A DNA stretch of 64,000 nt from assembly GCF_009914755.1 (NCBI RefSeq), contig NC_060934.1; one strand, given 5' to 3'. A model generated the notes under the pieces. It searched no databases, was not told the DNA's origin, and saw only the letters and a program-made list of their open reading frames with translations. The DNA is from the human T2T-CHM13v2.0 reference genome, Homo sapiens. The first letter of the stretch is position 1; every line of letters starts with the position of its first letter. The position numbers were made by a program, and so were the translations under genes. Below, in pieces: positions 56,776-64,000 of the stretch.

Positions 56776-57525
56776 AGAATAATTTTTAAAATTTAATCTG
56801 AATTTTACAAGAATAATCATGTCATTCTGGAGCAGTTCAGTACATATCAAAAGGCTCAGGGATGACTGGTTATCACTGGGGGCTCCAAATACCAGAAAGA
56901 TGGCATGTTTGCCATTCACTGCTCTTCTGACATTGCTATTTACTCAGACGGAAGATGCAGTACCTGCAGGCAAGCTAAAACCTTGTCACTGACAAGGATT
57001 CCTAGAGTAGAAAAAGGCAGAGGATGTGAAAATAATTGATTCTCAAGCAGCTTAAAGGGCCTTCTGAGTACTCTCCAGCATACTCTAGAAAACACAGAAA
57101 CGGCAAGTTGAAATAAAAACTTAAGATTTTTTGCATCATTGGCTACAAGGGTCTGGGATGGCAGAAAAGTTAAAGGGAGAAACTGCCACTAGGTTTGGGA
57201 AGGTGACACCAAGTGACACACACACAAACACATTGACAAAACCACGTCAATACAGAATATAGCTTCTCTCAGAGCCTAAGATTGTAGCTACCACGCTGGC
57301 AGGCTGAATTACGAAGATGTAGGCAGGTGTAAGAGAAGCAGCATAATATTTTGAGTCAGAAGACGCATCCTGCATCCACCACACGCTCTCAATGACCCTG
57401 GGCAAGTTGCTTGCATTCCTTGCTATTCAGATCCTTGGTGAGTGGAGCTGGGCTATGGAACAACATCCGCCACAGAGGGCCGGCAAGAGGATCAAATGAG
57501 ATCATAGATGCAAACATGTACATGG

Positions 57526-58228
57526 TGTATTACTCAGGTTTTCCAGAACCAACAGAATATGTGTATATAAAACAGGGAGTTTATTAGGAAGAACTGGCTC
57601 ACACAATTACAAGGCGACGTCCCAGGACAGGCCGTCTGCAAGCTGGGAAAGACAGAGGCTGGTAGTGGCTCTGTCAAAGCCCGAAAGCCTCAAAACCAGG
57701 GAAGCCAACAGTGCAGCCTTCAGTCTGCAGCCAAAGGTTGGGAAGCCACTGATGTAAGTCCCACAGTCTGAAGTCTTCAGTCCCTGAAGTCTGATGTCCC
57801 AGGGCAGGAGGAATGGGAAGAAGGAAGAGAGCCAGAAGACTCAGCAAGCAAGCTTATCCCACCTTCCTCTTCCTGCTTTGAAGTCACTGGTGCAAGTCCC
57901 AGAGTCCAAAGGTCAAAGAACCTGGAGTCTGATGTCCAAGGGCAGGAGGAGTGGGAGGAAGCATTCAGCACAGAAAAAGAAGGAAATCAGAAGCCTCAGC
58001 AAGCCAGATCATCCCACCTTCCTCCACCTGCTTTGTTCCAGCTGTGCTGGCAGCACATGGGATGCTGCCCATCCAGCCTGGGAAAGGGCGGGTCTTCCTC
58101 TTCCAGTCCAACTCAAATGCCAATCTCCTCTGGCAACACCCTCCCAGACACACCCAGAAACAATACTTTATCAGCCATGTAGGCAACCCTCCATCCAGTC
58201 AAGCTGACACCTAATATTAACCATCACA
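57526..58228 (-). mobile_element. MLT2 (ERVL) solo LTR with an internal duplication
   Basis: tgtattactcaggttttccaga...caagctgacacctaatattaaccatcaca; perfect 5-bp TSD catgg at 57521-57525 and 58229-58233. Confidence 0.88.
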
Positions 58229-58417
58229 CATGGATCTCATTTGGTTTAGGTTGTTTTTTTTGTTTACTCCTTATCAGTCATTGGAAAGAAATACACCAAA
58301 ATGCTCTTGCTGGCTTTCTTTGAGTGCTGGGGCTATGAATTCATTATGATTTTCTTCTTTATGTTTGTATGTATTTCTGGCTTTTCTATAACTGGCACAT
58401 TATTACTTTTATGATGA

Positions 58418-59049
<632 letters not shown>

Positions 59050-60320
59050 TGTAACTTACATTTTTATAACCGTTACTGGTGAGTGAGATACTAATCCCAT
59101 TTTATACACTGTGAGACTAAACTATAGAGTTGTATAGGTTTTTCTCAAAGTTGCCTAATAATATAAATGGTGGAATTAATGGCAAAACCCAAGCCCTTTG
59201 CATGTCAAATACATACATTCACTTTGTAACGCTTTTGCAGAGGGTCAGAATTCTTCAATGCTTACCTTGCAAGAAATGATGTAAGGGGAAAATGAAACTA
59301 ATTGTTAAAATGTACACCTAGGAATAATTTTTGGATCTTAACAGCAAAACAACAAGAATGGAACCTTGTATATGTCATTAAGTCCTGTAAACTTATTAAA
59401 TGGAATTAAACAACAGTGAAAAACAAGTCATTCTGCATCTACACTAAAGCCCCAGCTCCATGTAAAGGCATTCTCTCACATCCCTGCTGCTTCACTGGGT
59501 ATCTGTGACCACCTTCTGCCAAAATACACACCAACTTGGGCAGCACTCTGTGATTCTGGATTTCTTCCCCTCCTCTGCCCAGGTCTTGCCTCCTCCACTT
59601 GAACATTCCCCAAGTCTCAGCTCTTGGCCATCTTCCCTTTCTACCCTTACTGTTCCCCAGAGAACTCATTAATTTTTAAGCTGATGTTGCCCAAATCAAT
59701 ATTTTCTTCCCATCTGGCCACTTCACCCAAGCACAGTCTATATTTTATCTACAGGACATGTTAATTTCAATGTCTTGTCACCATCACCACCTCAAATTCA
59801 ACGTGTTTAAAAATCAAAGGTTTTTAATCTTCATCTCCCAGCGAAAAACCAACACGTTTTCAATCATACACGTCTTGTCAATACCATCCACATTCATCGC
59901 CCTTTCTTAAGCCACGTGTCTGGATGACTGACTTCTTTGGCAGAGTCCTCTTCTTACAAAACTCCAGTTGGTGTTTTGCGCTTTGCTTTTGTTCTTTTGT
60001 CTTCTAAAAGATGCTCCTAGTACTTAACTGAATACTTCTAGATAGCCTCATCACCTGCAGGTTCTCCCTCTTTCAATCTTAAAGGAGAGGGACCTTTAAC
60101 AAGAGCAAACATCTATGACAGGTTTCTCATCAAGAGAACATGAATGTGAAAACCCCAAGGCAGTAGAGTGCTTTGTGGGTTCCAGGAACAGCCAGGCAGT
60201 CAGTATGGCTAAGATGGAGTGAGAGATGGGATGCAGAGAGGGAGGAGCAGAAGTCCAGGTGGTAGACAAGGCTCAGACTGTGGCGGGCCTTTCAAGGCAG
60301 GGAAATTAAATTTTATTTGA

Positions 60321-60651
<331 letters not shown>

Positions 60652-61219
60652 CCGTTCTAGGGCTTTTAAGCAGGCTAACTCTGACCCATAATGGACACAT
60701 TCTCTGCCTAAGAATGGATTGTATAAAGCCTGAAGAATGGATAAATGAGAACTATTCATAAGGCAAACATGGAGTGTTGAACATAGATTACATAAACAAG
60801 AAATAGTTATTGATTACAACGAATGCTAATTAAGCAATTGCTATGCAAGGAAGCCCCATTCTAATCTTTTATAAGCTTACCTTGTTTAAACCCAACAACA
60901 ACCCTGTGATATTTATCCCCATCTCATAGATGATGAAACTGAGGCACAGAAGTTAAGTAACTTGCCCAGGATCACACAAATCATGAAGCCAGGGGGCTGA
61001 CCTATACAGCCAAATTACAGAATGCTGTGCTCATAATCCTACTGTGTGATAAATAAACACTCATGCTGATTAGGAAAACTTGGAGTATGATTCAGACTTT
61101 TTTCCTAAGTTCTGGAACCTCATGTCCTGATAGCACCATCTTCCTCTCTCTACTGCCACCATACTGACCAGCCTCCTGACCCCTTAATAGTGCCCAGCTA
61201 TGTCCTACCTCGTGGCCTG

Positions 61220-61513
61220 TTTTTTTTTTTTTTTGAGGTGGAGTCTCACTCTGTTGCCAAGGCTGGAGTGCAGTGGTGCAATCTCAGCTCACTGCAACCT
61301 CCACCTCCTGGGTTCAAGCAATTCTCTGCCTCAGCCTCCCGAGTAGCTGGGTTTATAGGTGCCCCCACCACGCCTGGCTAATTTTTTGTATTTTTGGTAG
61401 AGACGGGGTTTCACCATCTTGGCCAGGCTGGTCTTGAACTCCTGAGCTCGTGATCCACCCGCCTCAGCCTCCCAAAGTGCTGGGATTACAGGTGTGAGCC
61501 ATTGCACCTGGCC
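61220..61513 (-). mobile_element. Full-length AluS
   Basis: Dimeric Alu with poly-T at the left end. Confidence 0.93.
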
Positions 61514-63539
61514 ACAGCCTTTGCATTTGCTGTGCCCTCTGCATAGAATACCCTACTCTCAAACCTTCGCATGCCCCCAAACCTTGTTATTCAAGTCTCT
61601 GCTCAAATGTTACCCCTCAGAGAGTCTTCCCTATTTAAATACTTTTCCTCCCAACCCAAGTTGCTTCCCGGCCCGTCATCCTTTATCCCGCCTACAGCCA
61701 CTATCAGTATCAAATCTTGTTTTATTTATTTACCTCTTTGTCTGTCTCTACCACCCCTCAATCAAAAATAGGAATAACAAGAGGTAGGGGCCTCGTCTAT
61801 CAAATTTACTGCTATATCTTCATGTGCAGACAAGTATTTGTGCAATGAATTATTATCAAACAAATTAAAAATTTCCATGGCCTCATTGTGATCATGATGA
61901 GACAGGAATGGGGTCCAAGGCTTCGTTCTCATGGACACTCTGATGAGTGATTGACTTTTAGCTCACCCTGCAATGTCTGATCCCTCACAGGTGGATGCAC
62001 ACAACCAAATCCACATGAGCCTTATTTATAAGCCAGAATTCCAATTTGCTTATTTTTAATGAGAAAGAACTGCCAAGTCAACCAGAGTCCTCATCTAAAA
62101 CATTTTGTTCATTATCTACCCAGCAGGAAAGCTTCCTTGAGAAGCCAAATTAAGAGGAGAACAGAGAACTAAGGGACCATAATAGCAATTGCCATCATAG
62201 TAGCCTGATATTTCCTTCTCTGTTTAAGGATCCATGCCTGCTTCATTAGCTGAGGGGAAGCTAAGCCCCAGCATGTACGTGGCTACACACCAGAAGGCAG
62301 TGGGCACAGGGTGATGATTTGAATTTGAAATGTATTTTTTATAGACTCGGTTAGTTTTTGAAGGTTAACTCTTAAATGCCTTTTAACTCATAGAGTTGAC
62401 TTTCATATCACCATTTAGAACATTTCATTTTCTCTATGAGAAAAATGCACTTTGACTTCTAATGTGGGTAATAGTTTCTAGATCTGAAACCTCATGCGTT
62501 TTCATGGGAAAATAGAATCTGAATTCCAAAAGACAACAAGAAGGGGCACATCCTATGCCCCATGCCCGACAGCAGGAATGTTCATTTCCCTTTTTCCCCA
62601 CTTGCAGGGATGACTGTGGCTTGGGCAGGATGCAGGTGGGGAATAGGGTGAGATGGGGAATAAGGTGGGACTTCAAGCACTGCAATGATTGGAATCACAA
62701 AGTTAGGGGACACCTGCCTAAGTTCCAGTGGCCAAGGAGAAAGTGTGGCTATCTAGAGGTAGGTGCTGACATGATTTTTACAACCTTTGATTTTCTAGCC
62801 ATTGACTTTGGCCATTGAATTTGGAGGACCCAAATGGGCAATCATAATTTAAATAGTCAAACAGGATAAACAAAACTATTACAACTTAGAATTAGCGTCC
62901 TGAAGAACTTTTCATTCTATTCAATTTGACAGATATTTATTAGGCATATAGATTGACCCAGGAACATTTTAAATAATTCTAATGAGAATTTTTTTTGTTC
63001 TTAGTGTTTGAAACTAAACACTGTGCTTAACTGTTTAAATCCTTGCTTCATCTTACATAGAGAAGCCAAAAGAGTAAAGAAAACTGTTCATTTTAGGAAC
63101 TTCTAAATAATTTCCTCTCAACAATACCCATCTTGATTCTGATCTATTCCCACAGACAAGAGAACTGGTCCAATCCAGTATCGGCTGGCAGGTCTTTTAT
63201 CAGAGCAAGAACATTTGTAGGCTGAGAACACTGCCTTGGTTTAAAATCCACACTAATGATGCATTAATTGTTCTAAATGGATTTTCATTTCTCTGCAAGA
63301 TGAGCACTTAATATGTCATCCAAGGGAGCAGTTATTCTCCTTTCGGCGTCTGATCACACAGTGTAGCACCATAAATCAACAAGGTGAATCCGCTGATGAG
63401 GGCTGGAGGGAGGGTGGAGGGGTGGGGCATGGGCAGGGTTCCCTCCTCCTCTCTGCTGGTCCTGAAATGTGACTGGTTTCCCTTCATTCAGCAACGACCA
63501 GGCACTGGCAAGTTGACAACTCAATAGCCAATCATTATA

Positions 63540-64000
63540 TTTTTTTCTTTTTTTATTATTATACTTTAAGTTCTAGGGTTTGTTACATATGTATACATGT
63601 GCCATGTTGGTGTGCTGCACCCATTAACTCGTCAGTCATTTACATTGGGTATACCTCCTAATGCTATCCCTCCCCCCTCCCCCCATCCCACGACAGGCCC
63701 TGGTGTGTGATGTTCTCTTTCCTGTGTCCAAGTGTTCTCATTGTTCAATTCCCACCTATGAGTGAGAACATGCGGTGTTTGGTTTTTTGTCCTTGCAATA
63801 GTTTACTGAGAATGATGATTTCCAATTTCATCCATGTCCCTACAAAGGATATCAACTCATCATTTTTTATGGCTGCATAGTATTCCATGGTGTATATGTG
63901 CCACATTTTCTTAGTCCAGTCTATCATTGTTGGACATTTGGGTTGGTTCCATGTCTTTGCTATTGGGAATAGTGCCGCAATAAACATACATATGCATGTA
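63540..64000 (-). mobile_element. L1PA (primate LINE-1) 3' end: ORF2 C-terminus, 3'UTR and poly-A; continues beyond the window
   Basis: ORF 63745-63987 (MFIAALFPIAKTWNQPKCP...HRMFSLIGGN*) is the L1 ORF2 C-terminus; ttattatactttaagttctagggt is the canonical 3' terminus. Confidence 0.96.

Noticed and set aside
62286-62302. CTCF-like motif acaccagaaggcagtg (also attaggtggcagtg near 21955)
   Set aside because: Mismatches at core positions; not distinguishable from chance without a PWM scan or ChIP data.

Overview
Human genomic DNA, not microbial: the window is Alu/L1/L2/MIR/MaLR-rich and carries a human-specific AluYa5. It lies inside ADAM12 (meltrin-alpha), which is transcribed on the - strand. 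The only coding sequence I can support is the 98-bp exon 2 at 50915-51012, encoding (G)VSLWNQGRADEVVSASVRSGDLWIPVKSFDSK, with Arg rather than Gly at residue 48. Bases 51013-64000 are part of intron 1 and 1-50914 are part of intron 2; I did not find exon 1 or exon 3. The rest is transposon fossils, microsatellites, a ~19-copy 32-33 bp minisatellite and a few unique stretches that may be enhancers. I see no convincing novel biological system. The best leads are splicing-level: a TDP-43-type cryptic exon whose donor abuts a (UG)25 tract, and two AG|GT recursive-splice-site candidates. A very young AluYa5, a nested Alu-in-Alu and a CpG-retaining intronic block are also worth checking. Repeat subfamily names and boundaries are by eye and approximate unless a TSD is quoted.
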